This document shows, in pieces, positions 47,779-57,133 of a stretch of DNA of 64,000 nucleotides. Numbering within the stretch: the stretch's first letter is position 1; each line of letters begins with the position of its first letter. The stretch spans positions 3,668 to 67,667 of the forward strand of contig UQPB01000011.1 in assembly GCA_900542835.1 (NCBI GenBank), read 5' to 3'. This stretch comes from an uncultured Pelosinus sp. (lineage in GTDB: Bacteria; Bacillota; Negativicutes; Sporomusales; Acetonemataceae). A program made the position numbers and the translations under genes. The notes below the pieces were generated by a model. That model did not search any database. It had not been told where the DNA came from and worked only from the letters and a program-made list of their open reading frames with translations.

Positions 47779-49224
47779 ATGGGTATTACAATTGCAGGTC
47801 TGGGGCCGGGGCCGTTGTCTCTGGTCAGCCTGGACACCTGGGCGCGGATACAGGCCGCGGATGCGCTGCTGCTGCGCACCGCGCGTCATCCCGCCGCCGA
47901 AGATCTGACAGCGCAGGGAATTACCTTTACGGCTTTTGATGAGCTGTATGAATCCCTGCCCACCTTTGATGCGGTTTATCAGGCGATCGCCGAAGCGGTG
48001 GTTGAGCGGGCAAGGCAGCGGCAGCGGCTTGTCTTTGCCGTTCCCGGCAGTCCGATGGTGGCCGAGAGAACGGTGCCGCTGATTAAGGAGCTGGCGGCTG
48101 CCGCCGGGATTGCCGTAACAGTACTGCCGGCAATGAGTTTTCTCGATCTCTTATATGCCAGGCTGGAGATCGATCCGCAAATCGGACTGACCATTATTGA
48201 CGCCGCCGAAATCGAGCGCCTGCCCAAGGCGGATGCGGCTTTGATTGTTACGCAGATGTACGACCGCCAGGTCGCATCGGAAGCAAAGCTGTCGTTGATG
48301 GAGCTGCTGCCTGACGATCATGAGGTCGTGCTTTGCTCACGGCTGGGACTTGCCGGCGAGAGTATCCGCCGGTTGCCGCTGTATGAGCTGGACCGCCAGG
48401 CGGATATTGACCATCTGACCAGTGTCTATGTGCCGCCGTATTGCCGGTCTCGCCCCTTCACGCTTTCGCCGCTGCTGGCCGTGATGCGGCGGCTGCGTTC
48501 ACCAGGCGGCTGTGTCTGGGATATCGAGCAAACCCACCGCAGCCTCAGGCGCTATCTGGTGGAAGAAGTCTATGAGGTTCTGGAGGCCATTGATGAGGCC
48601 GATGCGGACAAGCTGTGCGAGGAATTGGGCGATCTTTTGCTGCAAATTGTTTTTCATGCCCGCATGGCGGAAGAAAGTGGCGTATTTAGTATGCAGGATG
48701 TTGTCAATACTGTTACTGAGAAGATGGTTCGCCGCCATCCGCACGTGTTTGGCGAGATTTCAGTGCGCGATGCCGCTGAGGTTGTCGTTAACTGGGACAA
48801 GATCAAGCAGCAGGAGAAGCGGGGCGAACGAACTTCCGTGCTTGACGGCGTTCCCCAGGGCCTTCCCGGTTTGATGGCGGCCTACAAACTGCAGGCGAAG
48901 GCGGCAAAGGTGGGATTTGACTGGCCGGAGGCAGCTCCTGTCTGGAAGAAGCTTGACGAAGAACTGGCGGAACTGCGGGAGGCGCTTGCAGCCAATGATT
49001 CTGAGCAATCCGAGGCGGAGCTGGGCGATGTGCTGTTCTCCGTGATCAATCTCGCACGTAAATTCAACATTGACGGCGAGGTCGCGTTGAATCGCACCAA
49101 TCGGAAATTCAGCCGGCGGTTCCGCTACCTGGAAGAAAGGGTCAAAGCCAGCGGCGGCGCTTGGCAGGACTACAGTCTGGCTGAACTTGACAAATTATGG
49201 GAAGAAGCTAAGCTGAAAGAGTGA
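47779..49224 (+). CDS. Bifunctional tetrapyrrole-methylase-domain / MazG nucleoside triphosphate pyrophosphohydrolase (YabN-like)
   Basis: N-terminal SAM-dependent methylase-like (TP_methylase) domain, then two MazG EExxE/D repeats (EEVYEVLEAIDE, ELGDLLLQI; AELGDVLFSV). Confidence 0.85.
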   Translation: MGITIAGLGPGPLSLVSLDTWARIQAADALLLRTARHPAAEDLTAQGITFTAFDELYESLPTFDAVYQAIAEAVVERARQRQRLVFAVPGSPMVAERTVPLIKELAAAAGIAVTVLPAMSFLDLLYARLEIDPQIGLTIIDAAEIERLPKADAALIVTQMYDRQVASEAKLSLMELLPDDHEVVLCSRLGLAGESIRRLPLYELDRQADIDHLTSVYVPPYCRSRPFTLSPLLAVMRRLRSPGGCVWDIEQTHRSLRRYLVEEVYEVLEAIDEADADKLCEELGDLLLQIVFHARMAEESGVFSMQDVVNTVTEKMVRRHPHVFGEISVRDAAEVVVNWDKIKQQEKRGERTSVLDGVPQGLPGLMAAYKLQAKAAKVGFDWPEAAPVWKKLDEELAELREALAANDSEQSEAELGDVLFSVINLARKFNIDGEVALNRTNRKFSRRFRYLEERVKASGGAWQDYSLAELDKLWEEAKLKE

Positions 49225-49347
49225 CAAGGGTGGCAAAACGGCGAGAAAACGCGGAAAAATGGGATTTTTTTTTCAACGGGGAAGGAATAAAAAGACAAGC
49301 AGCGAATTATGCTAAACGTAACAAATAGCACAAGGAGGCAAATTTTA

Positions 49348-49623
49348 ATGAATAAGACAGAATTAGTGGCCAGCGTTGCCGAAAAAGCGGGTATTACCAA
49401 GAAAGACGCTGAAAAGACGGTTACGGCATTCCTGGACAGCATTCAGGAAGCGCTTGCCAACAACGAGAAAGTTCAATTGATTGGCTTTGGTACCTTTGAG
49501 ACCAGAGAGCGCGCCGCCAGAACCGGCCGCAACCCGCAGACCGGTAAAGAAATCACCATTGAAGCTTCCAAGTCGCCGGTCTTTAAAGCAGGCAAAGCCT
49601 TGAAGGATGCCATTAACAACTAA
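49348..49623 (+). CDS. hup: DNA-binding protein HU
   Basis: [23 protein letters not shown]...[21 protein letters not shown] signature; RBS aaggagg. Confidence 0.9.
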   Translation: MNKTELVASVAEKAGITKKDAEKTVTAFLDSIQEALANNEKVQLIGFGTFETRERAARTGRNPQTGKEITIEASKSPVFKAGKALKDAINN

Positions 49624-49694
49624 TTCTTTTTATGGATAAACCAAGGCCAGGTTGATTTCAACCTGGCCTTTCAGTACATGTTGGGGGGACGGAA

Positions 49695-50387
49695 ATGCCG
49701 GGAAAAATTTTAATTGTTGATGATGAGGCGTCCATTCGCGAATTGCTTAAATTCAATCTGGAAAAGGCGGGGTTTTCCGTCGCTGAATGCGGTGATGGCA
49801 ATGAAGCCCTGCAACTAGTCAAATCGCACGCTCCCGAACTGCTGGTGCTTGATCTGATGCTGCCCGGACTTGACGGCATTGAGGTCTGCCGGACGCTGAA
49901 AAGCCATCGCGACACCTCGGGAATCCCCATCATCATGCTGACCGCCAAAAATGAGGAAATCGACAAGATTATTGGTCTGGAGATGGGCGCTGATGATTAC
50001 CTGACCAAGCCGTTCAGCCCACGCGAGCTGGTTGCCCGGGTTAAAGCGGTTCTTCGTCGCAGTCAGATGGGCAGCCCTCAGGAAGGGGAGCTGGTCATTG
50101 GCAAGCTGAAGATGAATTTTAGCCGTTACGAGGTTTTCCTCGGCAATGAAAAACTGGAACTGACGCCAAAAGAATACGAGCTGCTCAAGCTGTTTGTTAC
50201 CAATAGCGGCCGGGTATTCAGCCGTGAAAAACTGTTGGAAAAGATCTGGGGCTATGAATATTTTGGCGATACCCGCACTGTCGATGTCCATGTCCGCCAT
50301 ATCCGGGCCAAACTGGAGCAGGAGCCGGAAATCGCCGAGGCAATCGAGACGGTGCGCGGCGTTGGTTACCGCATGCGGGAGTTTTAA
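49695..50387 (+). CDS. OmpR/PhoB-family response regulator (PhoP/PhoB-like)
   Basis: Receiver (LIVDDE..D..MLPGLDG..K) + winged-helix (RTVDVHVRHIRAKLE); sits directly upstream of pstB-phoU. Confidence 0.85.
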   Translation: MPGKILIVDDEASIRELLKFNLEKAGFSVAECGDGNEALQLVKSHAPELLVLDLMLPGLDGIEVCRTLKSHRDTSGIPIIMLTAKNEEIDKIIGLEMGADDYLTKPFSPRELVARVKAVLRRSQMGSPQEGELVIGKLKMNFSRYEVFLGNEKLELTPKEYELLKLFVTNSGRVFSREKLLEKIWGYEYFGDTRTVDVHVRHIRAKLEQEPEIAEAIETVRGVGYRMREF

Positions 50388-50394
50388 CAAAAAC

Positions 50395-50438
50395 TTAACC
50401 TGGCGTTAACAATGCGGCGGTGGCGAACGTGGTATAGT
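50395..50438 (+). promoter_or_regulatory. Pho-box-like direct repeats (TTAACC-N5-TTAACA) plus extended -10 TGgTATAGT upstream of pstB-phoU
   Basis: Hexamer repeats with 11-bp periodicity as in Bacillus PhoP boxes [TT(A/T/C)ACA]. Confidence 0.5.
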
Positions 50439-50467
50439 ACCTGCAGAGACCCCGCAGGAGGAACAGC

Positions 50468-51223
50468 ATGGACATAAAAATACAGGCTAGTAAACTGAAA
50501 CTATATTATGGCGAAACACTCGCACTGAAGAAAATTTCGCTGGATGTGGAAAAAAACCATGTTCTGGCGCTGATCGGCCCTTCCGGCTGCGGCAAATCGA
50601 CGTTTCTCCGCACGCTGAACCGGATGAACGACCTGATTCCAGGCGTGAAGATCGAAGGCGAAGTGCTGATTGACGGCGAGAATGTCTACCATCCGAATAC
50701 GGATGTGGTTATGCTGCGCAAACGCGTCGGCATGGTCTTTCAGCGCCCCAATCCGTTTCCCATGTCAATTTATGAAAATGTGGTTTATGGCCCCCGCATC
50801 CATGGCCAAAGCTCCCGGCAGAAACTGGACGAGATTGTCGAAAAAAGCCTGACTGCGGCGGCTATCTGGGATGAGGTCAAGGACCGCCTGCGCAGTTCGG
50901 CAATGGGCCTTTCCGGCGGTCAGCAGCAGCGGTTGTGCATCGCCCGGCTGCTGGCGGTCGAGCCGGAAGTCCTGTTGATGGACGAACCGTGTTCGGCGCT
51001 TGATCCGATTTCGACGATGAAGATTGAAGAACTGGTCACAGAGTTGAAACAAAAGTATACGATTGTCATGGTTACCCACAATATGCAGCAGGCCGCCCGG
51101 GTATCGGATCATACAGCTTTTTTCCTGAATGGCGATTTAGTGGAATGCGGCCGCACCGACTCGATGTTCACCAGGCCGCATGATAAGCGTACCGAAGATT
51201 ATATTACCGGCAGATTCGGCTAG
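50468..51223 (+). CDS. pstB: Phosphate ABC transporter ATP-binding protein
   Basis: [22 protein letters not shown], typical PstB length 251 aa; Pho-box-like direct repeats upstream. Confidence 0.9.
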   Translation: MDIKIQASKLKLYYGETLALKKISLDVEKNHVLALIGPSGCGKSTFLRTLNRMNDLIPGVKIEGEVLIDGENVYHPNTDVVMLRKRVGMVFQRPNPFPMSIYENVVYGPRIHGQSSRQKLDEIVEKSLTAAAIWDEVKDRLRSSAMGLSGGQQQRLCIARLLAVEPEVLLMDEPCSALDPISTMKIEELVTELKQKYTIVMVTHNMQQAARVSDHTAFFLNGDLVECGRTDSMFTRPHDKRTEDYITGRFG

Positions 51224-51225
51224 GA

Positions 51226-51897
51226 GTGATCACTATGAGTGTGAGGCAAAGTTATGATCATGAATTGGAATCGCTGCGCCAGGATCTGTTGGCTATGGGC
51301 ACGGTTGTCGGTACCGCGATCCAGCAGGCGGTGCAGGCTTTAACCAGCCAGAACACCGATCTGGCCAAGCGGATTATTGCCGGTGACGACCTGGTTGATG
51401 ATATGGAGATCGCCATTGAGGATAAATGCATGGTACTGATTGCCACGCAGCAGCCGCTGGCGCGTGACTTGCGGATTATCGGCGCGGCGATGAAAATCAG
51501 CACCGATCTTGAGCGGATGGGCGATCACGCCTATGATATCGCCAAGGTTGCCTGCCGGCTGGCGGATAAGCCGCCGCTGAAAAAGTTTATCGTCATACCC
51601 CGGATGGCGGAAGTGACCCAGCAAATGCTCAGTCAGGCGCTGGATGCCTACGTCCGGCTGGACACGCTGCTGGCCGAGCAAGTCTGCCGCACGGACGACG
51701 AGGTCGACAGGCTCTATGAGCATGTATTCCGTGAACTGCTGACCTATATGATGGAAGATCCGCGCAATATCTCTCACGCCGCCCAGCTGTTATTTGTGGC
51801 CCGTTATCTGGAGCGGATTGCCGATCATGTGACCAATATTTGCGAGTGGACGATTTTTCTGGCGACCGGACAGCGTATGCGCAAACCCGGCAACTGA
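51226..51897 (+). CDS. phoU: Phosphate transport system regulator PhoU
   Basis: Two PhoU repeats with conserved Asp/Glu (DDxVD, ERMGDHA; ERIADH); ATG 51235 is a better-spaced alternative start. Confidence 0.85.
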   Translation: MITMSVRQSYDHELESLRQDLLAMGTVVGTAIQQAVQALTSQNTDLAKRIIAGDDLVDDMEIAIEDKCMVLIATQQPLARDLRIIGAAMKISTDLERMGDHAYDIAKVACRLADKPPLKKFIVIPRMAEVTQQMLSQALDAYVRLDTLLAEQVCRTDDEVDRLYEHVFRELLTYMMEDPRNISHAAQLLFVARYLERIADHVTNICEWTIFLATGQRMRKPGN

Positions 51898-51946
51898 ACC
51901 GGTTAAGAAGAGGGCCCTGGATTGCCAGCAATCCAGGGCCCTCTTC

Positions 51947-53731
51947 TTATTGTTGCTGTTTGGCCAGCGGCAGGGTAAAGGTAAACGTCGTTCCTTCGTT
52001 GAGTTTGCTCTTGGCCCAGATGCGACCGCCCAGCGCCTCGACAATGAACCGGACGATAGCCAGTCCGAGACCGGTTCCGCCGGCCGAACGGGATCTCGCC
52101 TTCTCAACCCGGTAGAAGCGCTCAAAGATCAGCGGCAGGTCGCCGGCGGGAATGCCGATGCCGGTGTCGCTGACCGAGACCTGGGCCGTTTCGCCGTCCA
52201 ACTGACTGCGGACGGTTATGCTGCCGCCGGCTGGCGTATATTTAATTGCATTGTCCAGCAGGTTCAGCAGCACCTGCTTTAGCCAGTCGGCATTGGCCAA
52301 TACGGTTAGTTCCCCGGCGGGCTCAACTGTCAGTGCCAGTCCCTTGCTCTGCCAGCGCGGCGCCAGTTCCCGGACAATCGTGTCAATAAACCGGTTCAGC
52401 TCGACAGGCTCCAGCCGGACCTGATGACGGTAGTCGCTCGAATCCAGCTTGGCCAGCTGCAGCAGGTCGCCTACCAACCGCTGCATCCGTTCGGCTTCGG
52501 CATGAATAATCTGAAGAAACTTTTGGCTAAGCTCCTGATCGGATAGTGCCCCGTCAAGCAGTGTTTCGGCAAAGCCCTTGATCGCCGTAAGCGGCGTTGC
52601 CAGTTCATGCGAAGCGTTGGCGACGAATTCCACCTGACGCTCATGCACTTCCTGCAAGGCGGTAATATCATGAAAAACGCACAGTACACCGTTGGCTTCG
52701 GTTTCGCCGGCGATGGGAGCCAGTGCGATCTGGAACACCCGTTTTTTGCCGCGCAATTCGTTCTTCATTTCAATGGATTGATGCCTGTTGGAGGCGACGG
52801 TCTCCTGCAGGGAACGGTCAAATGCCGTATTGGCGATGATCTGGATATTGTGCTTGCCGAGCATGGCAGGCGTAACGCCAAAGGTGGTAGCTGCCATTTC
52901 ATTATAGGTTTCCATCCGGCCATAGCGGTCAAACAAAATGACGGCATTATCCATATGGGCCAGAATCAGCTCCAGCTTGCGTTTTTCCGCCAGGGTTTCG
53001 TTTACCGTATCGTCAAGACTGGATGCCAGCTTATTCAACGTATGCGCCAGCAGCTCAATTTCATCGCCGGTATGGATATGCACCCGCTTATCAAGGTGTC
53101 CCTGGGCCATTTCCTGGGCAACGCGGGTGATCTCCTCCAGCGGCGAGGTAAATTTTCCAGCCAGACGGATACTGATCAAGACCGCCAGCAGCGAGGTCAG
53201 CGCGAACGCCGCCAGCAGCACGGAGCGGATATTGGCAAAGCTGGCCTCCAGCGGCGTCAGACTGCTGGCGACGCGGACAACGCCGGCCACGCGGCCCTGT
53301 TGCAGCAGCGGTACGGCGGTATAAAGGAAGTTCTCGCTCAGCGTCGCGCTGTAGCGGATGAAGCTGCCTGTATTTCCCGACAGGGCGGCGGCTACCTCCG
53401 GCCGGTCGTGGTGGTTGTCGAAGATTTCCGGCGGTTCATAGGAGTCGGCAATTACCTGACCTTCGGCGGTAATGATCGTGATCCGCAGCGGAATTTGCTG
53501 ATGCAGTTCCTTGACTTTTTCATCCAGCTGCGGCCGGCTTAACGGTGATAGATAATAGTCGCGGACCAGCTCTTCGGTGATGCGGGCCTGTGTGATCAGC
53601 TGTGTTGTCAGGCTGGCGACATTGGTGCGGTGAAAATACCAGAGAATATAGGCGCCCAGCGTTGCCAGCGCTCCCACTGTCAACAGCAGCAGTGTAATGA
53701 TTAACCGGGTTCTGATGCTTTGCGTCAGCAT
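51947..53731 (-). CDS. Sensor histidine kinase, PhoR-like (TM - extracytoplasmic domain - HAMP - PAS - HisKA - HATPase)
   Basis: HisKA H-box VANASHELATPLTAIKG, N/G1/G2 boxes; start at internal Met MLTQSIR (53729-53731) with RBS aaaggagcgg. Confidence 0.8.
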   Translation of the reverse strand: MLTQSIRTRLIITLLLLTVGALATLGAYILWYFHRTNVASLTTQLITQARITEELVRDYYLSPLSRPQLDEKVKELHQQIPLRITIITAEGQVIADSYEPPEIFDNHHDRPEVAAALSGNTGSFIRYSATLSENFLYTAVPLLQQGRVAGVVRVASSLTPLEASFANIRSVLLAAFALTSLLAVLISIRLAGKFTSPLEEITRVAQEMAQGHLDKRVHIHTGDEIELLAHTLNKLASSLDDTVNETLAEKRKLELILAHMDNAVILFDRYGRMETYNEMAATTFGVTPAMLGKHNIQIIANTAFDRSLQETVASNRHQSIEMKNELRGKKRVFQIALAPIAGETEANGVLCVFHDITALQEVHERQVEFVANASHELATPLTAIKGFAETLLDGALSDQELSQKFLQIIHAEAERMQRLVGDLLQLAKLDSSDYRHQVRLEPVELNRFIDTIVRELAPRWQSKGLALTVEPAGELTVLANADWLKQVLLNLLDNAIKYTPAGGSITVRSQLDGETAQVSVSDTGIGIPAGDLPLIFERFYRVEKARSRSAGGTGLGLAIVRFIVEALGGRIWAKSKLNEGTTFTFTLPLAKQQQ

Positions 53732-54034
53732 AATCCGCTCCTTTAGTTCGTATTGTTTAGGGCAGTCGCTTATGACAGTCTTCTGAACTGCAAACAGGCG
53801 TGAGGTTGAAAATGTGTAAACCGGAAACACTATAGTCAGCCATTCCGCATTGGCGGCGCACCTGCTTGTACAGATGCACTAGGGACTGCTTCTGGTTCAG
53901 CACAGCTTTTTCCTGTTCCGGATAGCACGGCTCAGCATTATTCCAATAAACAAATGAGTCCGATTATCTTAACAGTAGAGGATATTTGCCAGAAATACAA
54001 GATGCTGCTACAATATATCCTGTTGCCCGGCGAT

Positions 54035-54062
54035 TTAACTAAATGAAAATATAGCGTTAACA
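54035..54062 (+). promoter_or_regulatory. Pho-box-like repeats (TTAACT-N5-AAAATA-N5-TTAACA) upstream of the glycosyltransferase-PLC pair
   Basis: 11-bp-periodic TTAACA-type hexamers in the divergent region shared with the PhoR-like kinase gene. Confidence 0.4.
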
Positions 54063-54118
54063 AACGCCTGCAGGATAGTTGATAAACTGAAGTCAGCGAA
54101 AGCAAAAGGGGTGAGACT

Positions 54119-55255
54119 GTGTCGCAGCGACGTAGGACCATATTGCTGGCGTCGGCTTCGATCGGTTCCGGCCACATGCAGGCCGCGAAGGCGATCGAGA
54201 CCGCCTGGCGGGAGGCCTTTCCCGCGGACGAAGTCATTGTCGCCGATTCCATGGATGGCGGCAGTTCCTATGTACAGCATGTGCTTAAGGAAACCTACCT
54301 CAAAATGATTGCCGTAACACCGTTTCTTTATGACACGCTGTACCATCTTTCCCAGGGGCTGAGTCCGGGTTCGCGCGGGCAAAGCCTGTTTTCCTGGTTT
54401 ATGCAAAAGACCATGCAGCAGTTGTACAGCCGGCATCAGCCGGACCTGGTCATTTGTACCCACCCATTCCCCTGTGCGGCCATGGCTTATTTAAAACGCC
54501 ACCACCGTATCAGCGCCCCCCTTGCCGGGGTAATCACCGATTTTGCCGTTCATGGCACCTGGATCTACCCGGAGACGGATTTATATACGGTAGCCGCCGA
54601 CGAGCTAAAAGCAGAGCTGGTTGGGCGGGGCATCGCCGCCGACCGTATCGATGCCTGCGGCATCCCCGTGCAGCCGCCGCTGCCGCCGGCAGCAGCCGAT
54701 TATCAAAAGCTGGGGCTGCAGCCCGGATTGCCTGTCGTTATGCTGATGGGAGGCGGTCTTGGCCTTGGTCCGCTGCGGGAAGTGCTGCTTGCACTTGATT
54801 CAGTTGCGGTACCGCTGCAGATTGCCGCTGTCGCCGGCAATAATTCCGGCCTGCAGCAGGAACTCAGTGCGGCTGCTGCCGGGCTGCGCCATCAGACCAC
54901 TGTTTTCGGCTATACGCCATATGTGCGGGAACTGATGCAAGCCGCCGCTCTTTTGATCACCAAGCCGGGGGCGCTGACAATCAGCGAAGCTCTGGCTGCA
55001 GGACTGCCGATGCTGTTGTTTCAATCCTTTCCCGGTCAGGAGACGGACAATGCTGCTTTCTTGCTTGAGCGGGGCGCTGCCGGCTGGTTTGAGCCGGACG
55101 GGGCGGAACAGATCGTCCGGCTTCTGACAGACAGCGGCGAGCGCCGCCAGGCTCTTGCCGCGATCAACCGGATTGCCCGGCCCGCTTCTGCCAAAGCGGC
55201 TGTGGCGGCTATCGCCGCCCGGCTGCTGCCAGCGGGGCAGGCCGCAGGTATGTAG
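54119..55255 (+). CDS. Glycosyltransferase, MGDG-synthase / UgtP-like (GT28 family) diacylglycerol glycosyltransferase
   Basis: N-terminal RTILLASASIGSGHMQAAKAI (MGDG synthase N-domain) and C-terminal GT-B nucleotide-binding half; GTG start; Pho-box-like repeats upstream. Confidence 0.7.
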   Translation: MSQRRRTILLASASIGSGHMQAAKAIETAWREAFPADEVIVADSMDGGSSYVQHVLKETYLKMIAVTPFLYDTLYHLSQGLSPGSRGQSLFSWFMQKTMQQLYSRHQPDLVICTHPFPCAAMAYLKRHHRISAPLAGVITDFAVHGTWIYPETDLYTVAADELKAELVGRGIAADRIDACGIPVQPPLPPAAADYQKLGLQPGLPVVMLMGGGLGLGPLREVLLALDSVAVPLQIAAVAGNNSGLQQELSAAAAGLRHQTTVFGYTPYVRELMQAAALLITKPGALTISEALAAGLPMLLFQSFPGQETDNAAFLLERGAAGWFEPDGAEQIVRLLTDSGERRQALAAINRIARPASAKAAVAAIAARLLPAGQAAGM

Positions 55256-55273
55256 CGTAAAGGAGATGGCTGT

Positions 55274-55999
55274 ATGCAACTGCAGGAGATCGCGGAGGCT
55301 TCCATGGTCGGCGGCGTCAAGCTGCTGCTGGCGACAGCGGCACCGCTGCAGACATTGTTTGATAAACCCTGCGTTACACATGTGTTCTGCAACCGTCAGG
55401 CAATAACGATCCTGTCGGCAGATGGTTTTTATGACAGCGCCGCTTTTTACTTGCGCTACCTTGAGGCGCTGAACGCTGGCGTAGCCTGGGCTGATCAGGG
55501 GTGGAAGAACGTCAATCATTATTTTTCCCCCGACTCACGTCAGGGCTTGTGGTATTTCTCCACCGCTGTTGCCGAATTCAACCGTTATTTTAACCACAGC
55601 ATTCGCTGCATGCGGCGGGCCGATCCGGCCGGAGCCTGCTTTCTGCTTGGAGCGGCGGCGCATTTACTGCAGGATCTGTGTGTGCCGCATCATGCCAGAG
55701 GCAAAGTGTTCTGCGGCCACAAACAATATGAGGATTGGGCGGGACGGCATTACAGCCGCTTTGCTGCCGGCAGCGGCGGCATATACCGCCCCGGCCGTGC
55801 CGAATCCCTGCTGCTTGCCAATGCCGCGGTCAGCGCCGATTTGTTCAGCCAGGTCGCCAGTGAGCATGACGAAGCCTCCTATCAGGCGGCGACAGCGATC
55901 CTGCTGCCGCTGGCGCAGCGGACAACAGCGGGGCTGCTGCTGCGTTTTTATCAGCAAATGTGCCAGAGAATGCCCAGCCACGCGGTCTTTGTTGCCTAG
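55274..55999 (+). CDS. Zinc-dependent phospholipase C domain protein (cytoplasmic or membrane-associated, no signal peptide)
   Basis: THVFCNRQAI and LQDLCVPHHARG align with the Zn-ligand segments of B. cereus PLC / C. perfringens alpha-toxin N-domain; 18-nt gap after the glycosyltransferase gene. Confidence 0.6.
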   Translation: MQLQEIAEASMVGGVKLLLATAAPLQTLFDKPCVTHVFCNRQAITILSADGFYDSAAFYLRYLEALNAGVAWADQGWKNVNHYFSPDSRQGLWYFSTAVAEFNRYFNHSIRCMRRADPAGACFLLGAAAHLLQDLCVPHHARGKVFCGHKQYEDWAGRHYSRFAAGSGGIYRPGRAESLLLANAAVSADLFSQVASEHDEASYQAATAILLPLAQRTTAGLLLRFYQQMCQRMPSHAVFVA

Positions 56000-56045
56000 T
56001 AATACGTCAGGTATTGCCGGCAACCGCACCGCGTGGCTGTTTTTA

Positions 56046-56099
56046 TTAACAAAAACGTAACAATCGCTTAACATATCGGCATTGGCGATGCGGTAATAT
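56046..56099 (+). promoter_or_regulatory. Triple Pho box (TTAACA-N5-GTAACA-N5-TTAACA) and -10 TAATAT upstream of pstS
   Basis: Three hexamers at exact 11-bp spacing, -10 about 20 nt downstream. Confidence 0.55.
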
Positions 56100-56144
56100 A
56101 GACCTTGGAAAGACAAGACAAGCAAAAATAGGAGGAGTTCATTA

Positions 56145-57002
56145 ATGAATTTCAAAAAAGTTATTGCTTTCGCCGCGGTTGCCGCTTTATCCGCCGGTCT
56201 GATTGCCGGCTGCGGCGGCTCCAAGGAGGCGCCGAAACAGGCAGCCCAGCCGCAGGGTATTGAAGGCAAGGTATCCGCATCCGGGTCCAGCGCGCTGCTG
56301 CCGCTGCTAAAAGCCGCCCAGGAAGATTTTCAGAAAAAGAATGCCAAGGTTACGGTTAATATTTCCGCCGGCGGTTCGTTTACCGGTCAAAACCAGGTAG
56401 CGTCCGGCGCTGTTGATATCGGTAACTCTGATGTTGCCCTGCAGGACAGTCTGAAGGACAAAGGCCTGATTGAACATAAGCTGGTCGGTATTCCGTTTGT
56501 CTTTATTGCTAATCCTTCTGTAAGTGTCGATTCGCTGACCGAACAGCAATATGTGGATATCCTGACCGGTAAAATTACCAACTGGAAGGATGTCGGCGGC
56601 AAAGACGAGAAAATTACGATCCTCAGCCGGGCTAAATCATCCGGTTCGCGGGCGACCATCGAGCAAGTTGTACTCAAAGGCAAATCGATTACCGATAATG
56701 TTGTCATTCAGGATTCCAACGGCGCGCTCCGGACCGCGGTTGCCACAACTCCCGGTTCTATCGGCTACGTTGACGCCGCCTACGTGGATAAAACTGTAAA
56801 AGGCCTGAAATACAATGGTGTGGAGTATTCGATCGATAACGTTACCGGCGGCAAGTATCCGGTATTCTCCTTTGGCCGCATGTTTACCAAAGGACAGCCG
56901 GCAGGCGCGGTGAAGGCGTTTATCGATTACGCGACCAGCAAGGAATTCCAGGAAGCCTTTGCTGAAAAGAACGGCTTTATTCCGGTTACGAAAATGAAAT
57001 AG
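56145..57002 (+). CDS. pstS: Phosphate ABC transporter substrate-binding lipoprotein
   Basis: Lipobox LIAGCGGS; PstS/PBP family-2 phosphate-binding motifs (SGSSA, GYVD); three PhoP-type boxes upstream. Confidence 0.85.
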   Translation: MNFKKVIAFAAVAALSAGLIAGCGGSKEAPKQAAQPQGIEGKVSASGSSALLPLLKAAQEDFQKKNAKVTVNISAGGSFTGQNQVASGAVDIGNSDVALQDSLKDKGLIEHKLVGIPFVFIANPSVSVDSLTEQQYVDILTGKITNWKDVGGKDEKITILSRAKSSGSRATIEQVVLKGKSITDNVVIQDSNGALRTAVATTPGSIGYVDAAYVDKTVKGLKYNGVEYSIDNVTGGKYPVFSFGRMFTKGQPAGAVKAFIDYATSKEFQEAFAEKNGFIPVTKMK

Positions 57003-57043
57003 TGTTTTTGCTCCCTGCGTAGGGAGAGGATTTCCGCCTTGAG

Positions 57044-57107
57044 CAGCCTCCGGCTAATTGCCCGCATACACCTGTATACGGCGACGGGCCGGAGGCTGTG
57101 GTGTTTT
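57044..57107 (+). terminator. Terminator/attenuator after pstS (CAGCCTCCGG...CCGGAGGCTG + TGGTGTTTTT), preceded by a small hairpin CTCCCT-GCGT-AGGGAG
   Basis: 10-bp stem with large internal loop and T-run; typical partial terminator separating pstS from downstream pst genes. Confidence 0.65.
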
Positions 57108-57133
57108 TGAATAAACAAGAAAATAGGTGTCGT

